Below, piece after piece: positions 34,299-47,079 of a stretch of 64,000 nucleotides of DNA. The position numbers were made by a program, and so were the translations under genes. Source of the stretch: Octopus sinensis (lineage: Eukaryota). How positions within the stretch are numbered: position 1 is the stretch's first letter; every line of letters begins with the position of its first letter. Below the pieces are notes generated by a model. That model was not told the DNA's origin and ran no database searches. It was given only the letters and a program-made list of their open reading frames with translations. The DNA is taken from positions 1-64,000 of the forward strand of contig NW_021834150.1 of the NCBI RefSeq assembly GCF_006345805.1, written 5' to 3'.

Positions 34299-36059
34299 TA
34301 CCATTTTCAGTTCAAGTTTGACATTTTTTATACCAATTTTGAAAATGCGACGTTCAATTTTGACATTTTTTAGATCAATTTTAACAATGCAACATTCAAT
34401 TTTGACAATGCAATAAGCAATATTGACATTTTTTACGTCGGTTTTGACAATGTGATATTCAATTTTGACATTTTTTAGATCAATTTTGACAATGCAACAT
34501 TCAATTTTGACAATGCAATAAGCAATATTGACATTTTTTACATCGGTTTTGACAATGCGACATTCAATTCTGACATTTTTTAGATCAATTTTGACAAATA
34601 TTTTTATAACGGACACACATAAGGACTTTTCTATGCGGCTAAATCAAGATGAGAGTTAATAAAGACAATTTATTAATCAGGTCAGGTTAATGGAATCCCA
34701 ATCGTACAATTCGCAATAATTTTTTCTGCATTTCTGTAAAAATTCCGTATTTTCTCGCGAGTTAGATTTGTCATAGAATATTCTAAGGCATTTTGTAATA
34801 ATAGTGCTCGAAATTCCGTCAGCGTTCCATTTCCTGCTGCATGAACATCGTTATGAGGATTATTGTGATTGGATAAATATGTCTTAATCCCAGCCTTGAT
34901 AATCGAAAAACAGCCTTCGCATGGATTTAGCTGCGGAGAATATGGTGCATCAAATCTTCGAATTGTATGTTCTACTCTCATGCCTTCAAAATTTCCTTGT
35001 TTTTTATGGATTGGAGCATTATCCATATAAATAATAATTTCCTCTCCAGCTAAACTGTCCGATAATGCCGTCATAAAATTGCAAAATTTCGATTTTATAG
35101 ATCCAATGTGTGATTCAAATCTCACAATTGTTCCATTGTCATCAATTGCCAAAATAACGTTAAGATTCACTCCTTTGCTCGCCCTTACTGGAACTATCGC
35201 ACGTGATCCTGTAAAGGATCGGCCGAATTTTTTTAACGTAAAAAGATTAAAATTTGTTTCGTCCAAATGTATTTTTCTATTTGTATTACGTTGATAATCC
35301 AATGAAAATATTTTTCTTTTTTCTATATTTTCCGGACTATTCCTAGAAATTGGTTCTCTTCGCAGCATTTTGTAGGTAATCAATCGCCCATCAAGTCGGT
35401 TATATATTGTCGCAATACAAACTTTATTATTTACCAATTTTCGTAATTCCTTCAATGTTATCGATGGATTATTCTCAATTGTTTCAATTATCAAATTCAT
35501 ATCATCATCCGTAAGTTTTATCGTAGCATCCCTTCTACCTCCACGTTTACAAAGATACGGATTTCCACTTTTTACAATAGCTATAGCTGTTGTCCTCTTG
35601 ACACCAAGATCGCGAGCAAGCTGTATATAATCACCGCCCTCTTCATCCTTATTTATAAGTGCTCTTCTTGTAGCTTCTGACACTCTTGAATTTTTTCTTG
35701 ACATAAAATTCGTACAGGGACGGCGAATCAGAAAATATAAAATAAATGACAAATCGGCAAAAGTCAAAATTGATGTAAAAAGTGTCAAAACTGAATGTCG
35801 CATTGTCAAATTTGAATATCGCATTGTCAAAACCGATGTATAAAATGTCAATATTGCTTATTGCATTGTCAAAATTGAATGTTGCATTGTCAAAATTGAT
35901 GCAAAAAATGTCAATATTGCTTATTGCATTGTCAAAATTGAATATTGCATTGTCAAAATTGATGCAAAAAGTGTCAAAATTGAATGTCGCATTGTCAAAT
36001 TTGAATATCGCATTGTCAAAATTGGTGCAAAAAATGTCAAACTTGAACTGAAAATGGTA
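34299..36059 (-). mobile_element. IS630/Tc1-superfamily DD34E transposon, apparently complete, ~300-bp minisatellite TIRs, TA TSD
   Basis: TA|TACCATTTTCAG...CTGAAAATGGTA|TA. Removing it restores the host hAT frame. Confidence 0.95.
34682..35704 (-). CDS. IS630-like DD34E transposase (340 aa from MSRKNSR)
   Basis: HTH N-terminus, LDETNFN, MDNAPIH, YSPQLNPCE with 34 residues between D and E; no stops. Confidence 0.9.
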   Translation of the reverse strand: MSRKNSRVSEATRRALINKDEEGGDYIQLARDLGVKRTTAIAIVKSGNPYLCKRGGRRDATIKLTDDDMNLIIETIENNPSITLKELRKLVNNKVCIATIYNRLDGRLITYKMLRREPISRNSPENIEKRKIFSLDYQRNTNRKIHLDETNFNLFTLKKFGRSFTGSRAIVPVRASKGVNLNVILAIDDNGTIVRFESHIGSIKSKFCNFMTALSDSLAGEEIIIYMDNAPIHKKQGNFEGMRVEHTIRRFDAPYSPQLNPCEGCFSIIKAGIKTYLSNHNNPHNDVHAAGNGTLTEFRALLLQNALEYSMTNLTREKIRNFYRNAEKIIANCTIGIPLT

Positions 36060-36759
36060 TAGTAATTGTGAAGTTGATTTGAAAAAATTAAGTGAAGATA
36101 AAGAAAAACAGATTTCTCATTGATACGTATAATTGGACTGAATGCTATTTTACTAAATAAAATCTTATCTGTGTTGTTTTGATATCTATCCTTAGTATGT
36201 ACATGTATATGCGGCCCGCGGAAAGGATTCATTTGGACAAAGTGGCCCGCGATGCGATTTGGGTTGGCCAGGCCTGCTTTAGAATGTACAATCATACACA
36301 ACGAGATGTGAATAGTTTTGATTCATTGTTCAAAATTAAACAAAGTAAAGATTCGTTGGCCTGGAGTTGCTACTGAACGTTATTTAACTTAAAATACTTT
36401 AATTTCTGGCAAATATGTTTGCTGAGGAGCACACTTTTTGAGAATCCGGCCACATACAATTGACATATAGTTTTATTTTAAAGTCCCCATCCGTGTCTAT
36501 AAAATTAAGTTAGCGATGAATAAATTTTACAACTTTCTGGTTCCTTTTTATGATTCTATGGGAGTTGGCTGCTAGGACGAATCCTCTCCTCGAACGAATG
36601 CACATGATTGTTGTTCTAAGCACGTCCATCTTGTATCAATGAAAATTGAAATTATTTTCACTGTCCTTTTAAATGTTTATTTGATTTTTACAAGAAACCT
36701 TCTGAACTTAGACCCCATAAAGAGTCTGTACGCCCAGAAAACTGTTGCTCACATGAATA

Positions 36760-38427
36760 TTTTAAAGTCAAAAGAACAAAATTTGATTCACAACCAAGCT
36801 TGAATGGTTTAATAAATCCCAAGATAAACCGAAATTAGAAGCATCCTATGCCGTACTTTTAATTGGTATCTAAACAAATAGGTCTCAATGATTATTGCAA
36901 AAAACAAAGCTGCACATAATACTGCGGAAATGTTAATTAAACCAACGGTTCTTGAAATTGCTCGAATTTTATTTGGTCCATATACAGTTATCAAGCTTAA
37001 GGATATACCTTTATCCAACGATTCAATTTCCCGTAGAATTTCAGAATTTTCATGTGATATCCTGGAGGAATTAATTAAACGAATCAATAAAAGTAAATGC
37101 AGTGGTGTCTTATCTTCGCTTTGTTGATGATGTGAATATCATTTATGAGTTTTTATTTTTTTGGAGATGAATGTACACACTTGTGGAGAGTACATCTTTA
37201 ATCTTTTTGACAATTTTATGAAGACAAATAAAATCCAATGGAGTAAATTTGAATCTATATGTACTGGTGCACCTGCGATATCATCAATCTGGACTTGTTA
37301 CTCGTATGAAGAATTTGGCTCCTGATATTGTTACAAGACATTGTGCATTGCACAAATATGCACTTTTTTCAAAAACTATGTGTTCGTTGTTAAGATTAAC
37401 ACTAAACATTATTGTGAAAGTGATAAACTATATTCGATCTCGTACACAGAATCATCGAATTTTTTAAACTCTGTGAAAAGTTGGGAACTGATTATTCCAT
37501 ACTACTTTATCATTCCGAAATCAGGTGGCTTTCAAAAGGGAAAATTCTTTCGAAAATTGATGAACTTTCTCTTGCAATATCTTTGTTTTTACACGATAAT
37601 ATGCAGCATGATTGGGCCGATCAATTTATTTTTAAATCGAAAATGTATTATCTTGCCGATTTTTAAACATTCTCAATGAGTTCAATTTGTAAATGCAGGG
37701 TAACATTTTTATTAATTTATTTAAAGGTCTTTATATCAATTGTAGAGGTTAATCAAATAATAATGGCTTTTAAGAAGGAGTTATTAATATTGATAATGAA
37801 ATTAAAAACAGGAATAACATCAATGTTTCCAATGCTTGAATATCATCTCGGATACAATCCACCTGATAATTTTCTTCTAAGTCTGATAATCAAACACCTG
37901 GAAATCTCAAGACAAAATTTGATGATTACTTTCCAGTTGAAGATTCAATTCCAAACTGGATCGTTCAACCTTTCTTGACTTTATTTAAAGAATATAAAAA
38001 ACTCAATTTTTAGAAGAGCTTGATTCAACTTCAATGTAATCAGTCTGCTCATATTATTTTCAAATTTTAGGTGTCAGATTGTGCAAGTATTCCCCATTTT
38101 GAGTAAAACTGCATTGGAATCAATACTTGCATTCCAAACTACTTATCACTGTGAAATGGCGATGTCGTGCCTGACTTTTCTAAAAACAAAGTAGGCTACG
38201 GGTACAAAATGATATGCAAGTAGCTTAATCGAACATAGAGCCTAACATAAGTAAAATTATTCTGGACAAACAAGATCAGAATTACTGTTAAATTGTCTGT
38301 TATTTTGATAATTTTTATATAATAAATAGTCGAACATGTATTTGAAGAAGTCAAAAACTATGCGCTAGTAGCAAAAAAATATTTTATTTAAGGTGGTCCC
38401 CAGTCTAAAAAAGGTTAAGAACCGCTG
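36760..38427 (+). mobile_element. Degenerate hAT (Buster/ZBED5-like) element C, right end
   Basis: IPLSNDSISRRI, HCALH, EIRWLSKG; terminus AAGAACCGCTG followed by CTCTAG. Confidence 0.85.
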
Positions 38428-39105
38428 CTCTAGTTATTTTTTGTTATTTTTTTTCTAAAAAAATAAGCGTAAAAAATTAAAAAAAATAAACAACAAAGAA
38501 AATGCTTATCTTTTTTTATCTAAAAAAGTAAAAGACTTATTTTTACATGATAATTCATATTTGTGTTATGATGAGATATTGGTGAGTATATCAGTGTTTA
38601 CTATGGCACTGATTATATCAATTTTTACCAATAAAAAGAAACTAATTAATTGCCTAACCAAGTCCTGAGCTTTCGAAGTGGACAAAGAGTCGTTCTCCAC
38701 ACTATATATCAAAAAAGGACTGGATCTGTAGACATCCGTGAGGATGCAGTTTTTTCCGGACTAAATTTCAGAATCCGGAAAGCTGTATTGATGATTTGGG
38801 GGCTAATACTGATCGGCACAGACAGTTCCTTCTATCCCTCTTCTTCATTCAATTAATTAGTTGTGATTGTTTGTGCTGGGTTTGCTATGCAATCTTGGGC
38901 GTTAAAAATAAAAAAATAAAATTTAAGTTTTCCAATTTGAAAAAATAATAAGTATTATAGATCAAATATATATTTCAAAAGTGGTTTTGCTTAAAATTAC
39001 TAAAGGTGAACTTGTTGAAATCAACAAAAATCAATTAGACTATACTTTATAATTAATTAGAATTAAAAAAATAATTGATATATAAACACGCAATTTATAA
39101 AAAAG

Positions 39106-39372
39106 TTAAACTAATGTATGTAAAGCAGAAGAACTGATGGCGATCCAGTTTCCCCTCACTATTGCTTGGGACACGTTCTGGAGGAGCCATCTCGTCTCCA
39201 GAGGATTGTGCGTTCTCAGGGTCTTGAGACGTCCAATACACATGAGGAAGCGCAACGACTCCTTCCCAATCGATCCCAGGGTCTCGACAGCAACCGGCCG
39301 GAAAACGAAACGATCGTTGAGCCCCTCATATTTCCTCTTCTTGATGTCCTCTGCTCTATCCGCAGCACGCAA
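39106..39372 (-). mobile_element. CRE/HERO-like LINE 3' fragment
   Basis: KKRKY..L...FRPVAVETLG...QAIVRGN. Confidence 0.85.
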
Positions 39373-39727
39373 TTATACCAGCGTGTTTGCACGTTTATTA
39401 TTATTTGTTTTCTTGTGATGCACTAGAAAATTTTGTATTTATACAAATTAAATTTGCTACACAATATTTTCATTATCATGAACGTTTTTACATTCTATTT
39501 ATCTATTTTCTGTTTATTTTCACTATTCATTATTGTTGTGTTTGTTGGCTCTTCGAATCTTCTCTTATACCAAAGGAGTCGACTTGAAGGCATCAATAAA
39601 TGCTGATAAACACTATTAACAGTGATTAGTACATCTTTTGATTTGGTTTTTATATAAAGACAGTATTATTGTATACAATCTGTTGATTTTAATTTTCTTT
39701 ATACCCTTTAATTTGATCTTTCTTTTA

Positions 39728-41914
39728 CAGTATACTCCAAAAATATTACACCCCTTGACTTTTTGACAAAAAATCAATTTTCGATACTAATAATTAATTA
39801 CTTAAACTATTTTTATGCAATTTAGTTCTTATTAAAGTTGATTTACTAATTTTTATTTTTTTAAAACCAAAAATCAATTTAAAACCGCCTCATAAATAGT
39901 ACACCATTTAAAAAGTCAGTATTTGGTGTGCCTTTCTTTATTTTTGATGACTGCTTTTAGTCTCGAGGTCATTGATTCCACCAATTTGATACATATTTCC
40001 TTTGGAATTTTTTTCCATTCTTCAACAATTAAATTTTCTAGATTTTTTTATTTGTGACGTCAAATGCTTCAATTTTTCTTTTTAAATATCACCACAGGTG
40101 TTCAATTTGATTTAAATCCATTTGCAAGATTTTTTTTCTGTCAAAAAACTTTTAGTCTTTGTTGCAGTATGCTTCGGATCGTTATCTTGTTGGAAAATCC
40201 GATTTTCTGAATGATCGTTGATAAAGGGAATCATTTTTTCCTCAACTATATTAATGTACATGTCTGCATTCATAATCCCATTTATGATATAACGTTCATC
40301 AGGTCCTTGCGAGCTCATAGATCCCCATATCTTTATGTTTCATTGTAGGTACTATGCATTTTGGATTTAGTGCATCGCCATTTTTGCGCCACACATGCTG
40401 AATTCCATCTGATCCGAACAAATTGATTTTGTTCTCATCTGACTGCAGAATTTTATTCCAAAAATCCATGCTTTTGTTTACATATTTTTTTGCAAATCGT
40501 AAACCGTTTCTTTTGTGACTTTTTGACAATAATGGTTTTCTTCGAGGTACTCGGCCATATAAATTGCATTCATGTAGTGTCCTTTTTATTGTAGATTTTG
40601 ATATTTGAATATCAGAATAAGATTCCAATTGTTTGCAGATGAAGAGATTCTTGGATTTTTTAAGCAAAACGTCTGATCAGACGGATAGATCTGATAGATA
40701 ACTTCTTCGGTCTCCCTCTTTCTCCATTTAAAATGCCGTTTATTCCGTTTTTTTTCGGTATTTTTGTACAATCTTAGCAACTGTATTCTTGCTAATCTCA
40801 AGTTTCTTGGCAAGTTGTCCTCGTGTATGAAAATAATACGATTTTTAATATCTGAAGAGAGATCAACACCACGAAAGTTTATGTTAATTATTTTGAACTT
40901 TTTAAAGTAATTAATTAGCTTAATCTCTTTTTGGGCCCATAATCCAGTGACCGTATGGGTGTGTTCTCGTCGAACACACTCCACATTCTGAGGCTGCCCT
41001 TGGTTGACATTCCGTGTCAGTTTTCTCCTCACTAGGTATCGATATACCATGTCTCTCTTCAGCCTGCATGCTCTCCAATGTCTTCCTCAGAACCACTGTC
41101 TGAACTTGAGGACATCAAGATGACCCTTGAAAAATCTTGAGACAATTCCATCCCAGGTAATTACAACAGGGATTACTTTCACTTTTGCGCGATGAATTGC
41201 TTCAAGTTCATTTGCCAATAAGTCATATTTGTTGAACTTCTCAACTTCGACCTGCTTGAGGCAATTTTGCGAATTAATCCCAACTTCGATAAGAGTAATT
41301 GTATTCCTCATTTTGTCATGAACAAATATATCAGATTTGTTATTCGCCACAGCTGTATCCGTACTAATCGTAGTATCCACACGAATCTCCACAAATTCAT
41401 TGCTAACAACAGATTGAACTGAGTGTGTTTTTAGTTTCTTAGTTTTCCTTATTCCATATTGACGACAGAGATGTAAGTGAATACATCTGACTACTTCGTT
41501 CTGCCGTCTAAGATATGAGCTATTCAGCATTCTCCCGCACCTAGTTGCAAGGTGATCAACTGTTTTTCTTGCCGAGTTACAATGCGTGCACTTATTTTCT
41601 CCATTATCAACATACATGTTGCGGTCCTGAAGTAGACACAGTCTCCCTTCAGTCATGGGGGAATGATTTCCATTAACCAACCATCCAGAAGTAATTATAC
41701 ATATATTTTTTTAATTATACATATATTTAAAAAAATTAATGAATTTCAAATTTGTATAATTAAATTCATTTTGATTTTCTACAAAATGAAAAATTCATTA
41801 AACTCTAAAATAGATATAATTCACAAAAAAATAATTAAATAAATGTATTATTCTAACAGATATAAGATTTTTTTGACAAATAAACAAGGGGTATAATATT
41901 TTTGGACCATACTG
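39728..41914 (-). mobile_element. Tc1 transposon (defective) with 30-bp TIRs and TA TSD
   Basis: TIR CAGTAT..TCCAAAAATATTA.ACCCCTTG; RRKPLLS, SDENKINLFGSDG, FQQDNDPKHT. Confidence 0.93.
40900..41690 (-). mobile_element. RLE-type (R4/NeSL-like) LINE 3' fragment nested in Tc1
   Basis: CTHC..KTVDHLATRC, RQNEV, SDIFVHDK, LIEVG, KYDLLA. Confidence 0.9.
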
Positions 41915-41944
41915 TATATACCGTCCAAGCTAAATTATTTAATA

Positions 41945-42500
41945 CTAGCTCGGCAGCTCGCTTCGCTCACCGCGACCTAGCTCCTGCGGAGGGCCTGTTT
42001 CATCAAACAACTATAAGTTTATGTAGATGTATAAAACTACCTGGTTTAATGTAACCCTATTCTATCGCCTTTTGATAAACGATGTTTGTCGTCCGTCCTT
42101 CCTTGGCATATATGAATAAATTTTCTCTTCTGCCTACCCTCGAGCATCCCACATACAGCTGTCCATGTGAAAAGCACTCACTCTCTAAAAATAACCCAAC
42201 TACCTTTAATGACTGTCCCTGGGCCTTGTTTATTGTCATTGCAAAACTCATCCTCAAAGGAAATTGCAGCCTTTTAAATCTAAATGGTAATTCATCAGAA
42301 ATTATCGGAATTCGTGGAATATAAACATCCTCACCTCTATACTTACCTGTTAATATCGTCGCCTCTATTACGTTAGCCATCAAATTTTTGATAACTAACC
42401 TCGTTCCGTTGCATAATTTAGGTGGCGCAAGATTTTGTAGTAAAACCACTGGAACGCCTATCTTTAACTTTAAGAGATGATTCGGCATTCCAGCCGGAGA
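41945..42500 (-). mobile_element. Helitron 3' end (PIF1-like helicase C-terminus + terminal hairpin-CTAG)
   Basis: LCNGTRL, FAMTINKAQGQSL, FSHGQLYVGCSRV; ends GCGGTGAGCGAAGCGAGCTGCCGAGCTAG|T. Confidence 0.93.
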
Positions 42501-42757
42501 TTTAGCTTAGTGACCTTGATTAGACAAACCACTGGCGGAAATGGGGCAGCCGGAGATGCGGCAGGCAGAGTAGCAGCAGCCAAAAAAGCGACACACAAAA
42601 AAGATTTAATTAATTACCTTAAGCTGACCGTTTTTTCTTCAGCTTCGTTTTTCCTCCTTCGGTTATCTATTTAAAAAATTATTTTTGAATAATAAAAAAG
42701 TTTAGGAAAAGAGGCATACCAAAAATAAATTCTATCTTTACGAAAAACTTAACTAAA

Positions 42758-44364
42758 TCTTAATAATAAAATGGTATGGTGTGTGTCTGTCTGTCTGTCT
42801 GTCTGTGTGTGCACACCAACTTCAAATTGGCAATACGATGTCCTCGACTTACATGATGAAGTCCTTAAAACCTTCCCCCCAAAAAAAATTAAAAAAAAAT
42901 TTTCTGCATTTTGGTTAAAATGAACAACTACAAGTCCTCGACTTAATGATGAAGTCCTTAAAACCTTCCCCCCCAAACAAATTAAAAAAAAATTTTCTGC
43001 ATTTTGGTTAAAATGAACAACTACAATGTCCTCGACTTACATGATGAAGTCCTTAAAACCTTCCCCCCAAAAAAAATTAAAAAAAATTTTCTGCATTTTG
43101 GTTAAAATGAACAACTACAATGTCCTCGACTTACATGATGAAGTCCTTAAAACCTTCCCCCCAAAAAAAATAAAAAAAATTTTCTGCATTTTGGTTAAAA
43201 TGAACAACTACAATGTCCTCGACTTACATGATGAAGTCCTTAAAATCTTCCCCCCCAAAAAAATTAAAAAAAAATTTTCTGCATTTTGGTTAAAATGAAC
43301 AACTACAATGTCCTCGACTTACATGATGAAGTCCTTAAAACATTCCCCCCCAAAAAAAATTAAAAAAAAATTTTCTGCATTTTGGTTAAAATGAACAATT
43401 ACAATGTCCTCGACTTACATGATGAAGTCCTTAAAACCTTCCCCCCAAAAAAAATTAAAAAAATTTTCTGCATTTTGGTTAAAATGAACAACTACAATGT
43501 CCTCAACTTACATGATGAAGTCCTTAAAACCTTCCCCCCAAAAAAAATAAAAAAAAATTTTCTGCATTTTGGTTAAAATGAACAACTACAATGTCCTCGA
43601 CTTACATGATGAAGTCCTTAAAATCTTCCCCCCCAAAAAAAATTAAAAAAAAATTTTCTGCATTTTGGTTAAAATGAACAACTACAATGTCCTCGACTTA
43701 CATGATGAAGTCCTTAAAATCTTCCCCCACAAAAAAAATTAAAAAAAAATTTTCTGCATTTTGGTTAAAATGAACAACTACAATGTCCTCGACTTACATG
43801 ATGAGTCCTTAAACCTTTCCCCAAAAAATCAAAAAATTATTTTCTGCATTTTGATTAAAATGAACAACGCGAATGTCCTCGACATTCATGATGAGGTCCA
43901 TTAAAACCTTCAAGGCAAAAATCTCACGTATTAAGAATATCCTTGATGAAAACGACAGCGAGTATATTAACAATGATGAACTCCCAATTATTCGCGATAA
44001 AGAAATTCAATTCATCCTATGTTTTTCTCTTTAAAATTAAATGCATATATCATTATCGACCATGAATCAAAATTAAAGCTATTATCATATTTGACTTTGA
44101 CAGAATGTGCAATCACAGATTGCACGACTTTGAATAGAGTGTGCAATTAACAGATTTTGAAAAACCACTTTGATAGTTGAAACCACATTAGCACAATCAT
44201 TAACACAATTTACCACCAATTGACGCACGACCTTGAATAGAGTGTGCAATTAACAGATTTTGAAAAACACTTTGATAGTTGAAACCACATTAGCACAACC
44301 ATTAACACAATTTACCACCAATTGACAGCGCAATCAGAAGAATTTGCGTAAAAATATTAACTAT
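42758..44364 (+). mobile_element. Non-autonomous Helitron-like element E1 with about 12 x ~93-bp tandem repeat (42835-43900)
   Basis: A|TCTTAATAATAAAA 5' end, (CTGT)n microsatellite, tandem array, and a 3' hairpin CGCAA...TTGCG. Confidence 0.8.
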
Positions 44365-44706
44365 TTACTTGAGTTTTTCGTAAAGATAGAATTTATTTTC
44401 GGTATGCCTCTTTTCCTAAACTTTTTTATTATTCAAAAATAATTTTTTAAATAGATAACCGAAGGAGGAAAAACGAAGCTGAAGAAAAAACGGTCAGCTT
44501 AATAAGGTAATTAATTAAATCTTTTTTGTGTGTCGCTTTTTTGTGTGTCGCTTTCTTGCCTGCCGAATTTCCGCCTGCCGCATCTCCCCCTGCCCCATTT
44601 CCGCCAGTAAAAAACAAAAAAATAAAAAAAGAAAAAAAAGGAAATTACAAAGGAAAAATGAAAAAATTAAATATAAAAAAAATAAACCACAAAAAATGAA
44701 AAAAAG

Positions 44707-45007
44707 TTTGCAATGACAATAAACAAGGCCCAGGGACAGTCATTAAAGGTAGTTGGGTTATTTTTAGAGACTGAGTGCTTTTCACATGGACAGCTGTATG
44801 TGGGATGCTCGAGGGTAGGCAGAAGAGAAAATTTATTCATATATGCCAAGGAAGGACGGACGACAAACATCGTTTATCAACAGGCGATAGAATAGGGTTA
44901 CATTAAACCAGGTAGTTTTATACATCTACATAAACTTATAGTTGTTTGATGAAACAGGCCCTCCGCAGGAGCTAGGTCGCGGTGAGCGAAGCGAGCTGCC
45001 GAGCTAG
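44707..45007 (+). mobile_element. Helitron 3' end, second copy
   Basis: Near-identical to 41945-42245, in the opposite orientation. Confidence 0.93.
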
Positions 45008-46473
45008 TAGTTAATATTTTTACGCAAATTCTTCTGATTGCGCTGTCAATTGGTGGTAAATTGTGTTAATGATTGTGCTAATGTGGTTTTAACTATCAAA
45101 GTGTTTTTCAAAATCTGTTAATTGCACACTCTATTCAAGGTCGTGCAATCTGTAATTGCACATTCTGTCAAAGTCAAATATGATAATAGCTTTAATTTTG
45201 ATTCATGGTCGATAATGATATATGCATTTAATTTTAAAGAGAAAATCATAGGATGAATTGAATTTCTTTATCGCGAATAATTGGGAGTTCATCATTGTTA
45301 ATATTCTCGCTGTCGTTTTCATCAAGGATATTCTTAATACGTGAGATTTTTGCCTCGAAGGTTTTAATAGGCCTCATCATGAATGTCGAGGACATTAACG
45401 TTGTTCATTTTAATCAAATGCAGAAAATAATTTTTTGATTTTTTGGCGGGAAGGTTTTAAGGACCTCATCATGTAAGTCGAGGACATCGTAGTTGTTCAT
45501 TTTAACCAAAATGCAGAAAATTTTTTTTTAATTTTTTTTGGGGGGGAAGGTTTTAAGGACCTCATCATGTAAGTCGAGGACATCGTAGTTGTTCATTTTA
45601 ACCAAAATGCAGAAAACTTTTTTTTAATTTTTTTTGGGGGGGAAGGTTTTAAGGACCTCATCATGTAAGTCGAGGACATCGTAGTTGTTCATTTTAACCA
45701 AAATGCAGAAATTTTTTTTTAATTTTTTTTGGGGGGGAAGGTTTTAAGGACTTCATCATGTAAGTCGAGGACATTGTAGTTGTTCATTTTAACCAAAATG
45801 CAGAAAATTTTTTTTAATTTTTTTTGGGGGGGAAGGTTTTAAGGACTTCATCATGTAAGTCGAGGACATTGTAGTTGTTCATTTTAACCAAAATGCAGAA
45901 ATTTTTTTTTAATTTTTTTTGGGGGGGAAGGTTTTAAGGATTTCATCATGTAAGTCGAGGACATTGTAGTTGTTCATTTTACCAAAATGCAGAAAATTTT
46001 TTTTAATTTTTTTTGGGGGGGAAGGTTTTAAGGACTTCATCATGTAAGTCGAGGACATTGTAGTTGTTCATTTTAACCAAAATGCAGAAAATTTTTTTTT
46101 AATTTTTTTTGGGGGGGAAGGTTTTAAGGACTTCATCATGTAAGTCGAGGACATTGTAGTTGTTCATTTTAACCAAAATGCAGAAAATTTTTTTTTAATT
46201 TTTTTGGGGGGGAAGGTTTTAAGGATTTCATCATGTAAGTCGAGGACATTGTAGTTGTTCATTTTAACCAAAATGCAGAAAATTTTTTTTTAATTTTTTT
46301 TGGGGGGGGGAAGGTTTTAAGGACTTCATCATGTAAGTCGAGGACATTGTAGTTGTTCATTTTAACCAAAATGCAGAAAATTTTTTTTTAATTTTTTTGG
46401 GGGGGAAGGTTTTAAGGACCTCATCATGTAAGTCGAGGACATCGTATTGCCAATTTGAAGTTGGTGTGCACAC

Positions 46474-46504
<31 letters not shown>

Positions 46505-46530
46505 CACACCATACCATTTTATTATTAAGA
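45008..46530 (-). mobile_element. Non-autonomous Helitron-like element E2 with about 12 x ~93-bp repeat
   Basis: Reverse-complement match to E1 along its whole length. Confidence 0.82.
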
Positions 46531-46589
46531 TTTGACTGACAGCGTTCATCACAAAAATGGAAATAGCAGTTTTAATAATTTCTCTATCA

Positions 46590-46930
46590 CAGTGGTCGGC
46601 AGGATTTTTGTCTTCGCGAGCCAAAATTTTATTTTTGTATGCGACCCAGACCAATTGAGAAAAAATCTTTATCGGTCGCAAAAATAACAATATACGAGAA
46701 TCCTCAAACAATTTTTTACATTATTCATTTTGGAGAATAACTCTTCACAAAAAATGTCCTTCCAAATATACAAGCCATTTTCTTAGCATTGTCTGTTAAT
46801 TTTAGATATTTTTCAAAACATAAAAAATTTTTGTAGAAGCTCAATATATCTAATTCAGAAAAATATTTTGATTTAAGTGAAGTGTTGCATTGAATTTCAA
46901 GTAATTCCATTTGATAACAACCTGGTACTG
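46590..46930 (-). mobile_element. hAT terminal remnant (dimerisation domain)
   Basis: CAGTGGTCGGCA end; MELLEIQCN...ACIFGRT. Confidence 0.7.
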
Positions 46931-47079
46931 TCTCAATTTCTACATCAACTGGGATTGAAAGAATGTTGAAAAGATTTTTATGAACCTAAAAAATTATATA
47001 TAAGTATTGTAATATTAAATCCATAAAACGTGATGAAAATTCTTATCTCAATTCCATCACTATATTTGCATATTCCGGA

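Larger units (their letters stand above)
33045..36276 (+). mobile_element. hAT (GTF2IRD2/SPIN-like) element B with perfect 8-bp TSD, defective transposase
   Basis: TIR CAGG(G/C)CTGGCCAACCC; CTTTAGAA at 33037-33044 and 36277-36284; TTDGAP, HCLIH, RWLSRG, FGSTYVCESFFS. The C-terminus ATSNCEVDLKK...QISH is split by the IS630-like element. Confidence 0.95.

Noticed and set aside
34682-35851. 389-aa transposase with N-terminal extension
   Set aside because: The first ~49 codons are TIR minisatellite read-through. The likely start is ATG at 35704.
38500-38960. Possible micro-intron host gene
   Set aside because: Splice-like sites exist, but I could not build a coherent or recognisable ORF.
42749-46711. 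ORFs in the 93-bp arrays (also 62704-63531)
   Set aside because: Periodic translations of the tandem repeat, broken by homopolymer length changes.
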